DNA of 64,000 nucleotides. It comes from Eledone cirrhosa (lineage: Eukaryota). Position numbers and translations under genes: made by a program. The first letter of the stretch is position 1. Each line of letters opens with the position of its first letter. Below are positions 24,130 through 37,926 of the stretch, piece after piece. Under the pieces are notes generated by a model that saw only the letters and a list, made by a program, of their open reading frames with translations, was not told the DNA's origin and made no database searches. The stretch is taken from the NCBI GenBank assembly GCA_964016885.1, contig OZ024748.1, forward strand, positions 48,236,001 through 48,300,000, written 5' to 3'.

Positions 24130-25272
24130 TATGACTGCATCACATTAAAAACAGCACTATGACTGCATCATATTAAAAACAGCATTATGACAGCATCACA
24201 TTAAAAACAGCATTATGACTGCATCACATTAAAAACAGCACTATGACTACATCACATTAAAAACAGCATTATGACTGCATCACATTAAAAACAGCACTAT
24301 GACTGCATCACATTAAAAACAGCACTATGACTGCATCACATTAAAAACAGCATTATGACTGCATCACATTAAAAACAGCATTATGACTGCATCATATTAA
24401 AAACAGCACTATGACTACATCACATTAAAAACAGCATTATGACTGCATCATATTAAAAACAGCATTATGACTGCATCACATTAAAAACAGCATTATGACT
24501 GCATCACATTAAAAACAGCACTATGACTGCATCACATTAAAAACAGCACTATGACTGCATCACATTAAAAACAGCACTATGACTGCATCACATTAAAAAC
24601 AGCATTATGACTGCATCACATTAAAAACAGCATTATGACTGCATCACATTAAAAACAGCACTATGACTGCATCACATTAAAAACAGCATTATGACTGCAT
24701 CACATTAAAAACAGCATTATGACTGCATCACATTAAAAACAGCATTATGACTGCATCACATTAAAAACAGCATTATGACTGCATCATATTAAAAACAGCA
24801 TTATGACTGCATCACATTAAAAACAGCATTATGACTACATCACATTTAAACAGCATTATGACTGCATCACATTAAAAACAGCATTATGACTACATCACTT
24901 TAAAAACAGCATTATGACTGCATCACATTAAAAACAGCACTATGACTGCATCATATTAAAAACAGCATTATGACTGCATCACATTAAAAACAGCATTATG
25001 ACTGCATCACATTAAAAACAGCATTATGACTACATCACATTAAAAACAGCATTATGACTACATCACATTAAAAACAGCATTATGACTGCATCACATTAAA
25101 AACAGCATTATGACTACATCACATTAAAAACAGCATTATGACTGCATCATATTAAAAACAGCATTATGACTACATCACATTAAAAACAGCATTATGACTA
25201 CATCACATTAAAAACAGCATTATGACTACATCACATTAAAAACAGCATTATGACTGCATCATATTAAAAACA
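24130..25272. repeat. 28-bp minisatellite, about 41 copies
   Basis: Unit tatgactgcatcacattaaaaacagca(c/t). Confidence 0.95.
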
Positions 25273-25423
25273 AATGCCATTAATACCGCAAACTTTCACA
25301 ACAATTTGTCCACTAGTAAAGATACTATAAATATCTAAATTAAGTAACCCATTCTTAAATATCTTCTGCTAAATCATGACAACAGTTAAAAAGAATTCTT
25401 GTTATTATTCATGCTCCACAATT

Positions 25424-25706
25424 TAAAAAGACCTCCTTTGGTCACAAATGACCATGGGATTTGCACCTAGAAAGTTCTCTTCCAAGGCATAAGTCTGGGC
25501 AAGGTTGTTTGTGGAAGACCAGCAGTCATACATGCATAACAGTCTCCCCTCTCCATACCACCAATGTTGTATCCAAAGGAAAGTAAACTGGAACAATGTG
25601 AAATATAGTGTCTTGCACAAGGGTACATCACATCCCTCAGTCCGAGAATTGAACTCACAACCTCACAATTGCAAGCCTAAAGCTCTAACCACTAAGCCAC
25701 GCTCCA
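25424..25706 (-). mobile_element. SINE family B head with a third tail type
   Basis: tRNA head cgtggcttagtggttag...gagttcaattc and body aagacactatatttcacattgttcc; tail differs from other copies. Confidence 0.75.
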
Positions 25707-25969
25707 CAACTTAACAGCTTGACAAATACAAATTGATGAAATAAGTATTAGCAGTGGGTTAATATGATCAACTAGGATTGTGCCCCAATTTGGCTGCAAT
25801 CCAATGGCTGATACCATAAAAAAAATATAACATTCAAAACTTATATAAATTCTATTCCAGGACAAAGGCCTCAGAATGGCTAAATTTAAAGCAATCAATT
25901 TGGAAAGCCACCATAGGAATGTAACACAGACAAATGGAGGTTCATATCTAAAGAAATCAACTCTCCCCT

Positions 25970-26060
<91 letters not shown>

Positions 26061-26091
26061 TATATATAATCGATATATAAATAATGTATGA

Positions 26092-26130
<39 letters not shown>

Positions 26131-26144
26131 TATGTGTATGTATA

Positions 26145-26315
26145 CATTTTATATTGCCATCATCATCATCATCATCATTATCCTCATTGCCATCATCATT
26201 ATCATCATCATAATTATCATCATCATCATCATCATCATTGTCATCATCAACATGAACATCATTAGCATTATTCTCCATTTCTCCTATCCTCCGCCACCAC
26301 CTCTCCATCATCATT
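26145..26315. repeat. (ATC)n microsatellite
   Basis: Direct inspection. Confidence 0.85.
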
Positions 26316-26388
26316 GATATAGATATATAATGTATGCATGTATGTAAGTATGAATGTATATGCGTGTGTATGTATATATATGCGTGTG

Positions 26389-26423
<35 letters not shown>

Positions 26424-26794
26424 TATGTAAATAAGAGAGCTAATTAAAATTCACAGTGAAAAATATTTTTTCTAATGCCATGTCCAACTGTTCTACAGTG
26501 TTATCCTCGATTAACTGAGAGTTATATGTATTCAGAAGAAATTTAGCTATTTTCAGGTATGATATATCTTCTTGATTTATATATATATCTTACAAGAACA
26601 TTACAGAAGTTATTGAATATTTCCCACAGAGATTAATATTGACACAAGGAAACGTCAGAGGGAGGGAGGGAGGGCGGTATAAAGAAAACAAAATAACATT
26701 CTACTTTTGGTATTTCTCGAATTATGAGTAGAATTGATAGACATTGTGTGTGGGGTCAACTGGTTGATAAAAACTTATAAATAATAGATGACAT

Positions 26795-26932
26795 GGATGG
26801 GTTGGTTGGTTGGTTGGTTGGTTGGTTGGTTGGTTGGTCGGTTGGTCGGTTGGTTGGTCGGTTGGTTGGTCGGTTGGTTGGTCGGTTGGTCGGTCGGTCG
26901 GTTGGTTGGTTGGTTGGTTGGCTGGCTGGTTG
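26795..26932. repeat. (GGTT/GGTC)n microsatellite
   Basis: Direct inspection. Confidence 0.9.
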
Positions 26933-27111
26933 AGAGAGTTTTGGGAATTGACAAAAAGAGGTTTCTTCAAAGCTGCAATTAACCCCTTCATTACCATATT
27001 TCTAATGAAATGCATTGTCCATGATTTTCAAATAAATTTTGAAATAATACAAAATTTGGAGGAATTAAAAAAAAAGAATAGCCAACTTTCTCATTATTAA
27101 GTTAGTGTTTG

Positions 27112-27334
27112 CGGGCAGTAGATTGGCAGTATTAGTAGAGTGTAGGACAACATACTCAGTGGTATAGAGTTACATTCCTTTACATTCCAAGTTCAAATAC
27201 CACCAAGTCTAGCTTTGCCCTTCATCCTTATGGGGTTGATAAAATAAAGTACCAGCAACACACATGAGTCAATTTAATTGATTTTCCCCTCTTCCAAAAT
27301 TGTTGGCCTTGTGCCTAAATCATAAATCATTATA
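27112..27334 (+). mobile_element. SINE family A with TSD, inside a MITE
   Basis: TSD aagttagtgtttg at 27099-27111 and 27335-27347. Confidence 0.85.
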
Positions 27335-27452
27335 AAGTTAGTGTTTGAAACATAACTTAAGAAAAATCCTTACATAAAATTATGATAGATGGTCTTTAGT
27401 TAAATATAAGCAATTTAAAATAAAGAAAAAATATTGAAGAACCAGGGGTGAT

Positions 27453-27679
27453 TTAACCATTTACCATTTACATTACTCTATATTTATTATTTTATTTTCA
27501 TGGTAAAGACTTTACCTCACATAATTATCTTACATAATATCGAATCTATGAGATTTTGATTATTTATTTTGAGAACCATTCCTTAAGATGATTGTGAGCG
27601 GCCGGTTAAGGCCACTTTGGACAGAAAGAGGTGAGAGAATTCTGGCCAGATATGGCTGGTTTAAATGCTAAAGGGTTAA
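27453..27679. mobile_element. piggyBac-like MITE, copy 2
   Basis: Colinear with 1112-1338; TTAA at both ends. Confidence 0.8.
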
Positions 27680-27794
27680 GACCAAAAGAAAATTTAACCC
27701 TTTTGATACCAATAAATCAGAAAACTCTGATTCAATGATCCAAAAATTTCTTCTTTTAAAGCCTTCATAATTTATACAAGTATATATTGATGAG

Positions 27795-27960
27795 CAAGGT
27801 GGCGAAGTGGCAGAGTTATTAGAACATTGGATAGAGTGCTTTGCTGTATTTATTCCGGCTCTCTGCTCTCTCAGTTCAAGTCCTGCTGAGGTCAACTTTG
27901 CCTTTCATCCATTCAAGGTTGATAAAAAAAAAGTACCAGTCTAGTACTGGGGTTGATTCT
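27795..27960 (+). mobile_element. SINE family A variant
   Basis: ggtggcgaagtggcagag head and core gcctttcatccattcaaggttgataaaa..gtaccag. Confidence 0.75.
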
Positions 27961-28948
27961 TCCTCTATATCTCTTTCTTATTTCTTTTCTCTATCCTTCT
28001 CTGGAAGAAATCTGCTATACTCAGGCATGGGGAGGAGATGGGCTCTGCCAGGATTAAAAAGTGCCGTAAGAAAATGTCATATGTCAATATGGCACTCCTC
28101 CAACTCCATCAAGGGACCATATCATATTGATGAGCAGAGCAAAAGAGTTCTACTTATCACTACTATAACACTCTGTTTCCTTTCTTTTGTAAAAGAGGTC
28201 CTAAGCTCAAAATATCCTGAAATATATAATGTAAAATTGTTCTTCTGTTTTTCTTGCTATACTCTACTCTAGTTTTCACTCCTTTCTTTCTAACTAGCAT
28301 TATGCTGGCTTTTCCAAAAGACCCTAAACACACATTTCACAATATTTCATTTAAAGTCTATTTGTTAATTTATCCTCTCCCTCTCTCTTTGCAGGTGGTG
28401 GTGGTAGGAGCTCATAGTTTAAAGAAGAATAAAATTTAAATAAAGACAAAGGCAGTGTTATCACAGCATGTAACAAATGAATGTAAACAGCTTCTAAATG
28501 ATGATGGTGAGATGGTGGAGGGGGATAGGAGAAATGTAGTGTTGATGATGATTGTGGGAGTGGTTGGGGCGGCTGGTAAAGATGAAATGGAGGATAATGC
28601 TAATGATGATGATAAGCTGGCAGTGATGATGATGATGGCAATGATGATGACTGTATGACAATAGTAATTATACTCTAATAATAATGTTAAACTTGATTCA
28701 CAGCAAAGATAATTTAAACGAACCCTATTAAAATATTAATTACCCAACATTGATAAAACATCGGCTGAGAGATGGAAAATGACATGAAATGAGCTAAAGA
28801 TAAAAAAGAAAGGAAAGGTTGAAGGGAGACAGACAGACAAATAGATAGAATAATCCAAAAATCACACATACATATTTATATATACACATACATACATGTG
28901 TATATATACACATACATACATGTGTGTGTATATAAACACATACATACA

Positions 28949-28993
<45 letters not shown>

Positions 28994-28994
<1 letters not shown>

Positions 28995-29787
28995 TATTGT
29001 TATATTTGGGGAGGGTCATATTGTTATAGTATTGCCAGAAATAATAATAGAACGCACTCACTGTTTGGTTTGGGTTAGTTTTTGCTTCTATATCTTTTAT
29101 ATCTCCATAGTTAATTTATCTGGCAATCAATGTTTATCATTGATTGACCAACAGTTAAAAATACAAATAGACTATATATATATCAAAGTTCTTTCGTCAC
29201 ACATCTGTGACATCATCAGTGGTACTATTGTTTCCTCCCGTTGTATTGTAATGCCTATGCCATTTTTATTTTATTTATTTATTTATTTATTCTTGTCTCT
29301 GTTTGCGCATGCATTTGTGTGTGTGTGTTCGTGTTTGAGTGTATATGTTTTTGTATTCTATCTTTGTTCAATAGGGTGTGTTTATGTGTGGTTGTTACTG
29401 TACTTGTGTATATACTTATTTATTTATTTATCAGTATAATAATTTATTTATTTATCAGTACAATACTTAGGTCAGTATTGTTTGTTTTGGTATGGTTGTT
29501 GTTGTTATTCCATTCATTCTTTCTGGTCAATCTTGGTTTTCTTAATTCTATCTCAGTTGCTTCTCTGATTTGCCAACCTGTTGAGTCATTTCTATGCTTA
29601 GATATTATTTTAATTTCTGTTGTCTATATTACCGTCATGTCTTTGTCTGCCGTGTTCATATAGTACTGAACCATTTTTTTGTCCTTTTAGTTCCCCCCAG
29701 TGTTGGTCTATTCTTGCTCCTAGGCTGATCAGGGATTTTATGGAAGTTCCTGACTTTTCTACCACTTTAATCTTTAGATGGGTCTTT

Positions 29788-29792
<5 letters not shown>
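28994..29792 (-). mobile_element. Penelope-like element 3' part: deleted GIY-YIG-type C-terminus plus pLTR with hammerhead
   Basis: LKIKVVEKSGTSIKSL/SLGARIDQH...VLYEH...(frameshift)EIKIISKH..STGWQIREATEIELRKPRLTRKNEW; hammerhead at 29181-29224; flanked by TA repeats. Confidence 0.7.
29181..29224 (-). ncRNA. Minimal hammerhead ribozyme, family 2 (complete core, one stem I mismatch)
   Basis: tacca CTGATGA t gtcaca-gatg-tgtgac GAAA g-aa-c tt tgata. Confidence 0.7.
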
Positions 29793-29834
<42 letters not shown>

Positions 29835-29992
29835 CAAAGAAATTGTGGTAAGGAACCAGATGGACTATAACGCACCAGAGTACTCAATACTTAGGGTAGA
29901 GTGGGAAATAGGAAAAAGTATGACCCCGACGGCAGAGCTATTTCTGGAATAGCCGTCGAAACGGCTTGAGCTCTGCCGTCGGGGTCATACTT

Positions 29993-30041
<49 letters not shown>

Positions 30042-30114
30042 TGTAGTATTTATAGAGAGAAAGATGGAGTGAAAATGAATGACAAGTCATGAAGAAGAGG
30101 AATCACAGAGGAGA

Positions 30115-30420
30115 AAAAAAAATCATTGATGAGGTCACAGACAGTGTGATGTAAGAATGTTGACAATTGGGTAAATAACCATTTGGTTGATTAACCAGCC
30201 GATGGTTGGATTAATTACTGATATGAAACTTGAACAATGCATGTGTTTTTATTGACAGGAAGACCCTACCAAAGTATACTGAAAAACCATTGGTTCAAGA
30301 TAACTGGGTGATGATCATTCGTCAGTTTATTTCTTTGTTTTGTTTTTGTTTTGTCCGTTTCTGTAGTGTCCTGATTTCCATGTAATTCCTTCATGTTTGC
30401 CTTTTGTCCTGTTTTCTATT
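30115..30420 (+). mobile_element. Decayed family 2 Penelope-like pLTR with degenerate hammerhead
   Basis: atca tTGATGA g gtcaca-gacag-tgtgat GtAA gaatgt tgac, followed by gaccctaccaaagtata. Confidence 0.55.
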
Positions 30421-30423
30421 TGT

Positions 30424-30597
30424 TTCATCATCATCATCATTTCATTTTACGTCCGCTTTTTCCCTGCTTGCAAGGGTGAGACGGGAACTGATTCTGGCTT
30501 GATTTCTACAGCTGGATGCCCGTTCTAACACCAACCTCGTTTACAGTGAGTGCTGGGTGTTTTTTTGCCATGGCACCTCCACGACCACTTTGCAGTG
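30424..30597 (-). mobile_element. RTE-type 3'UTR / SINE tail
   Basis: Inverted homolog of 30886-31140 and 33230-33490. Confidence 0.8.
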
Positions 30598-30599
30598 GA

Positions 30600-30769
30600 A
30601 TGATAGGGACCCCAGTCCCTATCATCTCATTTCTACAGCTGAGTAAACTGGAGCAATGTGAAATAAAGTGTCTTGCTCAAGGAAACAACACATCACCCGG
30701 TCTGAGAATTGAACTCACAACCTTTCGATTGCAAGGCCAATGCTCTAACCACTAAGCCATGTGCCTCCA
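30600..30769 (-). mobile_element. SINE family B
   Basis: tRNA head and CORE-like body on the minus strand. Confidence 0.8.
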
Positions 30770-30885
30770 TAACAGACACCTTCAATCCTTACATATAATT
30801 CATATATATATATATATATATATATATTCGCATGCATGCCCAGACACACACTCTCCCTCTCTCTCTCTTAAACTTATATATACAG

Positions 30886-31140
30886 ACACACACTGTAAAG
30901 TGGACGTGTACACCCAGTCCACACTGTAAAGTGGACGTGTAGGCACCACGGAAAAGCACCCAGCACTCACTGTAAATGAGGTTGGTGTTAGGAAGGGCAT
31001 CCAGCTGTAGAAATCAAGCCAAATCAGTTCCTGTATGAGCAAGGCATGGTCAGCCGACCAGACACTGCCCACAACAGGACAACCCGTCTAACCCATGCTA
31101 GCATGGAAGAACGGACGTAAAACGGTGATGATGATGATGA
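30886..31140 (+). mobile_element. RTE long 3'UTR with (GAT)n tail
   Basis: Near-identical to 33250-33490. Confidence 0.85.
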
Positions 31141-31189
31141 CACATATTCTCACAGCTTCATACAGACAAACAACAAGCACACAAACACT

Positions 31190-31830
<641 letters not shown>

Positions 31831-32358
31831 TGAAGACAATAAAACATTATAGAAATAGTCAAACCATCCGGGAGAAGATAGAAAACTATGGTTGTCAAAG
31901 AAGAGATAATTTGTTTTAATGGTTACAAGTTGTAAATATGACCAACAAAAATTACACAATAATTGTTTCTACTTTTGGCACAAGGCCAGCAATTATCCCA
32001 GTGTATTACTGGTACTTTATTTTATCGACACAACTAGTTAAGAAATTACAAATACAATCCATTAATGGAACAGTAAAAATATGTAAAACATTCCAAAAAT
32101 TTTGCATCTAATAACTTCATATTCACATGTACAGATACAAAGCATATACACATGCACACATACAACTCAAAACATACACATCCACACATACAATAACATC
32201 CATATCTACACATGCATACAGGCATGCATACATAATCTACCTAGTTGATGTTGTGTAAATTCCAATGAGAGAGCCTTGTGTCTATGTTAGAAACCGACTG
32301 TCTCTCTATTGGTAAAAATTTGTGAAATTATAAAACCAGAAGAACATACATACATATA

Positions 32359-32967
32359 TGGTGGCTGCCAACTCGTTTTCGAGTACGGTCACTACTTTAT
32401 ATCCATGTAGGAGAACCCCTACCGAAGCGCTGAACGAGTGTGACTTTTTAGTGCAGCCAGCGACTTGAAAACTCTGGTACAAACACTACACTTGTGACAA
32501 TTATTGACACATAGTGCTGGGCCCATGGTACCATGTGACAATAAGTGCAGAGAGATCTCCAGATATAAAGCAAAGCCTGTGCCGTGAAGCTTTTATAGTG
32601 AGCAAAGGCACTGCACAAAGCCAGTCCCACTCTCTTAACCAAGATGATATTTACCAAAAAGAAGAACAAGTCAACATCATTGGATACCATCAGGGTTGCA
32701 GGTGTTATATCAGAGTTTTCCTTCTCCTAGAATTCTGCCTTGACAAAGGCTAAGGGGTCATCTCTCCCGGTGATTTTGGATGGCCATTGACTCTTAAGAG
32801 TTCCTTTGCCCTTTGACAGGTTTTATTTTTAGTCCTGCAGGATGTCCAAAGTCACCCTCCTCACCAAGAAACCTTGGTGGGGTTGCCAGTTTAGTCGCCA
32901 ACGACCCGACCATGAGACAGGTTGTACTGGGATACATGTTACCAGTAGCACCAACTGGTGACCTGAC
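32359..32967 (-). mobile_element. Bipartite non-autonomous RTE-derived element, copy 2
   Basis: 5' ~380 bp homologous to copy 1; 3' part encodes CSVCTRVFKSLAALKSHTR (zinc-finger-like RTE C-terminus), then ctcgaaaacgag..gcagccacca. Confidence 0.7.
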
Positions 32968-33017
32968 ATATATACATACATACATACATATATACATACA
33001 TACATACATTCATACAT

Positions 33018-33048
<31 letters not shown>

Positions 33049-33094
33049 AGGACAAAGCAAATTCCCTAATTGTTATATATTTATTTATATATTT

Positions 33095-33461
33095 CTCTCA
33101 AAGACAATGACACACGACCGTGACTTCTGGCGTCACGCAGTAATACAGAGTACCCGACCTCCCATGGGTACAAGATGAAGCATATAGACAATATGCCCCC
33201 ACACTCCCCACCGCAAGGTGGTCGTGGAGGTGCCACGGCAAAAAAGCACCCAGCCCACACTGTAAAGTGGACGTGTAGGCGCCACGAAAAAGCACCCAGC
33301 ACTCACTGTAAATGAGGTTGGTGTTAGGAAGGGCATCCAGCTGTAGAAATCAAGCCAGATCAGTTCCTGTATGAGCAAGGCATGGTCAGCCGACCAGACA
33401 CTGCCCACAACAGGACAACCCGTCTAACCCATGCTAGCGTGGAAGAACGGACGTAAAACGG

Positions 33462-33490
<29 letters not shown>
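33095..33490 (+). mobile_element. RTE 3' end, long-3'UTR subfamily
   Basis: LSKTMTHDRDFWRHAVIQSTR...* followed by gcacccagc modules, aggaagggcatccagc and (GAT)n. Confidence 0.85.
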
Positions 33491-33494
<4 letters not shown>

Positions 33495-34516
33495 ATTTTT
33501 CTTATATCCATCTCTTGAAGTTAAAGAAATTTGAAATGTTAAAAGAAAATATGAAACAAACAAAAAAAAACAGATTTAATTTAAATTCAACAAATTGTTT
33601 CTACTAAAAATAAACACAAATGAATAAAATAAAAAATAATTAATTAATTTTTTTAATTAATGGAGTGGTGGGTTGTGGGTGGGTTGAGGGGTGGGTCGAA
33701 GAGGAAGAAGAAAGGATGAGCCACTTGGTGAGATGGTGGGTGGTGTTGGTGGTGTTGGTCAGATGAGGGGATTGGGAAGGGAGAAAAGAAAAGGAGAGAC
33801 GATTCAGAGAGGGGAGAGTGAGTCAGGGATGAGAAGGTGGTGAGAGGGTGGGGTGAGATGAGAGAAAAGAGAGAGGGAAGTGAAAAAGAGGCTAGCGTGA
33901 GAGAGAGGAAGAAAGGAGGAAGAGGGATGGAGGTTAGAGGAGAGAGAGGGGTGTGGAGAGAGAATGTGGGAGAATGAGTGGGACAAGTGAGGAGGAAAAG
34001 GGAAGTAATCCACATAATGAACATTAAAAAAATAAACAAAACACCCCCAAAAATAACAGCAAAAACAAAAATAAAAACAAGGAGCAATGGTAAAACTTTT
34101 GTAAACATCAACAGTAATAAAACAATGACAACAACAACATCAACCACAACATCATGAACAACAACAACCACAATACCAATAACAACAGTTAGCAATGAGA
34201 TCAATATAAACAATAAAAGAAATAGAGTGTGATATTAATGCCAACAACAATAAAATTAATAATATTAACAATAATATCAACATCAACAGATAAAGATGAT
34301 GATGATGAGGAGAAGGAGGTGGAAGATGGTGGTGGTGGTGGTGATAATGATGGTGGTGATGGTGGTGGAAAGTCACGGAACCTGTAAGAAACAGCAACCA
34401 AATATCCCTCATATCACAACTATTGCCTTGAAAATTGGAAAGAACACATTGTACAATGGAGTCAGAAATAATCTATGAAACTACTAGTTCCTTGAAAATC
34501 CAACCAAAACCATGTG

Positions 34517-34556
<40 letters not shown>

Positions 34557-34561
34557 TTTTA

Positions 34562-34778
34562 ATCGATCGACTTTCGTCAAATCGGACCGAGGAAACAATG
34601 TTTCCGTTGGTCTTTCCAGTTGCTAGTACTATCTATCGGTCGCAACTCCAGGTAGAAGGAGCAACGTGAAATAAAGTGTCTTGCCCAAGGACATAACGCA
34701 TCGCCCGGTCCAGGAATCGAACTCACAACCTCAACATTGTGAATCCAATTCTCTAACCACTCAGCTACACGCCTTCAC
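34562..34778 (-). mobile_element. SINE family B, young copy with poly(A) tail
   Basis: Near-identical to 17365-17582; T-run at ~34539-34560. Confidence 0.9.
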
Positions 34779-34813
<35 letters not shown>

Positions 34814-34898
34814 TGCCTCAAGTGGGAAAACCCCTGTCCAAACCCATGCAAGCGTGGAACACCGACGCTAAACCTGATGATGATGATGATGATATATA

Positions 34899-35079
34899 TA
34901 CAGGTAAAATTCAGTTATAACGAATACAATTCTAAAAAAATTTTCAGTATAGTGAAATTATTTTCAATCCCCGGGGTAACAAACAAATGGTCGGTTAGTT
35001 TCGGTCGATCTCATTATAAAAAGTTTTTCCTTACAACAATTTTTTTTTTATGACCCGTGAATTTTGTTATAATGGTATT

Positions 35080-35086
<7 letters not shown>
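34899..35086. mobile_element. Tigger/pogo-like MITE
   Basis: TA|cag.taaaattcagttataacgaa ... ttttgttataatggtatttcact termini within TA context. Confidence 0.55.
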
Positions 35087-35156
<70 letters not shown>

Positions 35157-35461
35157 GATATAAAAGCGAGATAAACACAGATATATACATATGTGTTCAA
35201 ATCGGTTTGTATTTCTCTTCTTGATTTATTGTTTTAAATTGAGTCTGGCAAACCCTATTGTTCATAGTTAGTATTTTTTTCCCACTCTAGTGAATCTGGT
35301 CCCTTACGATTTGAATACATATATGTATATATCTGTGTTTATCTCTTTTATATTCAGTTATATTACACGGCCTGGAAAAATCTCTTTCCTTGAGCTATTT
35401 AATTGTAAGAGACTATTTTGAGTTTCTAACTCAATATATATCTTTGATATATATATATCTT

Positions 35462-35864
35462 GTGACGCTAAACTCCGCCAGTTGCAGACTGCGCATTAAC
35501 ATACGATATCTCTCTCCACAAAGTTTGATCACCAGCAGCAGAGTTCAGAGAGCAAAGATCATGTCCAGTCCATAATTTGACATTGTCAAGCCATCATTTT
35601 GGCTGCTGAGCCTGCTTCTCTTACCAGCCAACCTTCCTTCCAGGCATAACCTACTCACACCACGAGTTGATCTGTTTATATGGTCGTATAGTTAGAGTAC
35701 TCTTGACTTGACAATTGACGTAATTGGTCTAAGTTTGGTAATGTTGAGCAGCTCGCTGATACACATACGGTCGCTGAGTTGCTTGCCAGTCATAAGTCTC
35801 ATGATGTGGTTCTGGAATGTAGAGAGCTTCTGAAGTGACCTTGTCGTCCAATTAACACAGTCAA
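35462..35864 (-). mobile_element. RTE-like LINE C-terminal fragment
   Basis: Manual translation LQKLSTFQNHIMRLM...LYDHINRS...CLEGRLAGKRSR...WLDNVKLWTG...LWREIS. Confidence 0.7.
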
Positions 35865-36290
35865 GACATCAGATGCCATTTCATCTATCTTGGCTAGTGA
35901 GATATCTCATGCAATCAAAAGTTTGAAGTGAGGAAAAAGCCCTGGACTGGACAACATATACTTAGAGAATTCATCAAAGCTGGAGGTGAACCAATTATCA
36001 AAGCACTTCAACATGTCTTTAACTGTATTATCACTGCAGAAAAAAGCCCAGACATGTTCAAGAAAGCATTGATAGTTGTACTCTACAAAAAAGGTAGCAG
36101 ACTTGATTGTGGGAACTATCGTCCTATCAGCCTATTGAGTCACATTTACAAGTATCATTGCAGCACGAGTGAAGTCAGACCTTTACGCCACATTTCCTGA
36201 AACACAAGCTGCGTATCAACCTGGAGCAAATCCTAGCTGTTGAACAAATCATTGAGAAATCAATAGAATTCAACAACCCTGTGCACATCA
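35865..36290 (+). mobile_element. RTE-like LINE RT N-terminal fragment
   Basis: GKSPGLD, ALIVVLYKKGSRLDCGNYRPISLLSHIYK, PETQAAY. Confidence 0.85.
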
Positions 36291-36309
36291 AACATTATAT
36301 ATATATATA

Positions 36310-37232
36310 TCATCATCATCATCATCATCATCATCGTTTAACGTCCGTGTTCCATGCTTGCATGGGTTTGGACGGAGGGTTTTCCCACTTGAGGCAAGAG
36401 TGGTTATCTTGCTCGCATAGGACTGTCTGGCGGGTTTTCTACAGCTGGATGCCCTTCCTAACACCAACCACATTTACAATGTGGGGCTGGGAGGTTTTTA
36501 CCGTGTTGCCTACACGGCCACATTACAGCGTGAACTGTGTGTTTTTTTGACGTGACACCTACATGATCTCATTTGTTTCGGCCTGGATGTTGTGGCACCA
36601 ACATAACTTTACATTGAAAGGGGCGGTGTGGATGGGGTGGGGGTGGTGGGACGGGGGTGTATTTTGTTAGAGATGCCTACTGACTGTAGTAGGTTTTACT
36701 TTGTATTTAGGTAAGGCGGGTCTTCTCTATTACTGAGTACCGCCAAAGGTCTCGGTCCAGTGACATTGTCTTGGTGAGGTGTAAGTGTGTGAGGTCGGAA
36801 TTTATCAGCTCGTCCCAGGTTTTTCTGGGTCTGCCTATTCCGTGGCTACCGTCTATCTTTATTGCCCTGCACTTTGTTATACAGCTATCGTCCTTCATGC
36901 GCATCACGTGACCATACCAACGTAGCCTTCTCTCGAGTAAACAACATCTGATCCCTCTTATTTCTAATTTTTTCCTTAGTTCGTTTATGCTTTGCCGTTC
37001 ACGTATATTACTATTACACATCCAGCGGAGCATGCAAGCTTCGTTCCTCTCTAGTCTGCGTATATCCTCTGCACACAATGCCCAGGTCTCACTGCCATGC
37101 AACATTGCTGTTCGTATGCAGGCATCGTACAACCTGCCTTTCATTTTTAGGGAGAACCCTTTAGCGGCTAATAGTGGTATGAGCTCTCTGAACTTTTTCC
37201 ACCCGGTTCTGACTCTAGCTACTGTACTTTCA

Positions 37233-37235
<3 letters not shown>
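36310..37235 (-). mobile_element. RTE 3' portion with long 3'UTR and (GAT)n tail
   Basis: ORF 36707..37144 MLHGSETW...RRLRWYGHVMRM...GRPRKTW; UTR carries the aggaagggcatccagc module. Confidence 0.9.
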
Positions 37236-37282
<47 letters not shown>

Positions 37283-37288
<6 letters not shown>

Positions 37289-37530
37289 GGATCAAAATCA
37301 CCATTGCAGCATATATATACTTTATTGCCGTATTACAATTGTTTCAATATTGATTAGATCAGGGTACAATCATAATGACTTGGGCCTGACTCTTCCTTGA
37401 CATATCATCAGTTATGTGAGTTTATATGTGCAAGTCATTATGATGGTACCCTGATCTGATCAATATTGAAGCAACTGTAATACGGCAATGAAGTTTATAT
37501 ATGCTGCAGTGGTGACTTCGATCCTAACTT
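37283..37530. repeat. ~100-bp imperfect inverted repeat with ~48-bp spacer
   Basis: Arms 37283-37382 and 37431-37530; left arm abuts (TA)n. Confidence 0.85.
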
Positions 37531-37645
37531 ACTTTATTTACACTCTGCACACTACAGCCACATTAACTCTGGAATATAGCCCAACATGAGATGGACCTTA
37601 TAGCAGCATCAAGTGCTTTGAATGGCACACTGCCTGTAATTGCAG

Positions 37646-37698
<53 letters not shown>

Positions 37699-37705
37699 TA
37701 TATAT

Positions 37706-37782
<77 letters not shown>

Positions 37783-37851
37783 CATATATTCATTTCATTG
37801 GCTAAATAGTCAGTCTTGTTACTCTGTACTTTCGCCTGTTTATCACAATAT

Positions 37852-37926
<75 letters not shown>

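Noticed and set aside
24130-25272. CRISPR-like appearance of the 28-bp array (also the 58-bp and 30-bp arrays)
   Set aside because: Head-to-tail units with no unique spacers, no cas genes, eukaryotic context
29920-29968. Hammerhead-like gacggc...gccgtc GAAAC
   Set aside because: No CTGANGA core (best match ccgacgg) and the 3' side is replaced by the inverted arm; at most a degenerate remnant
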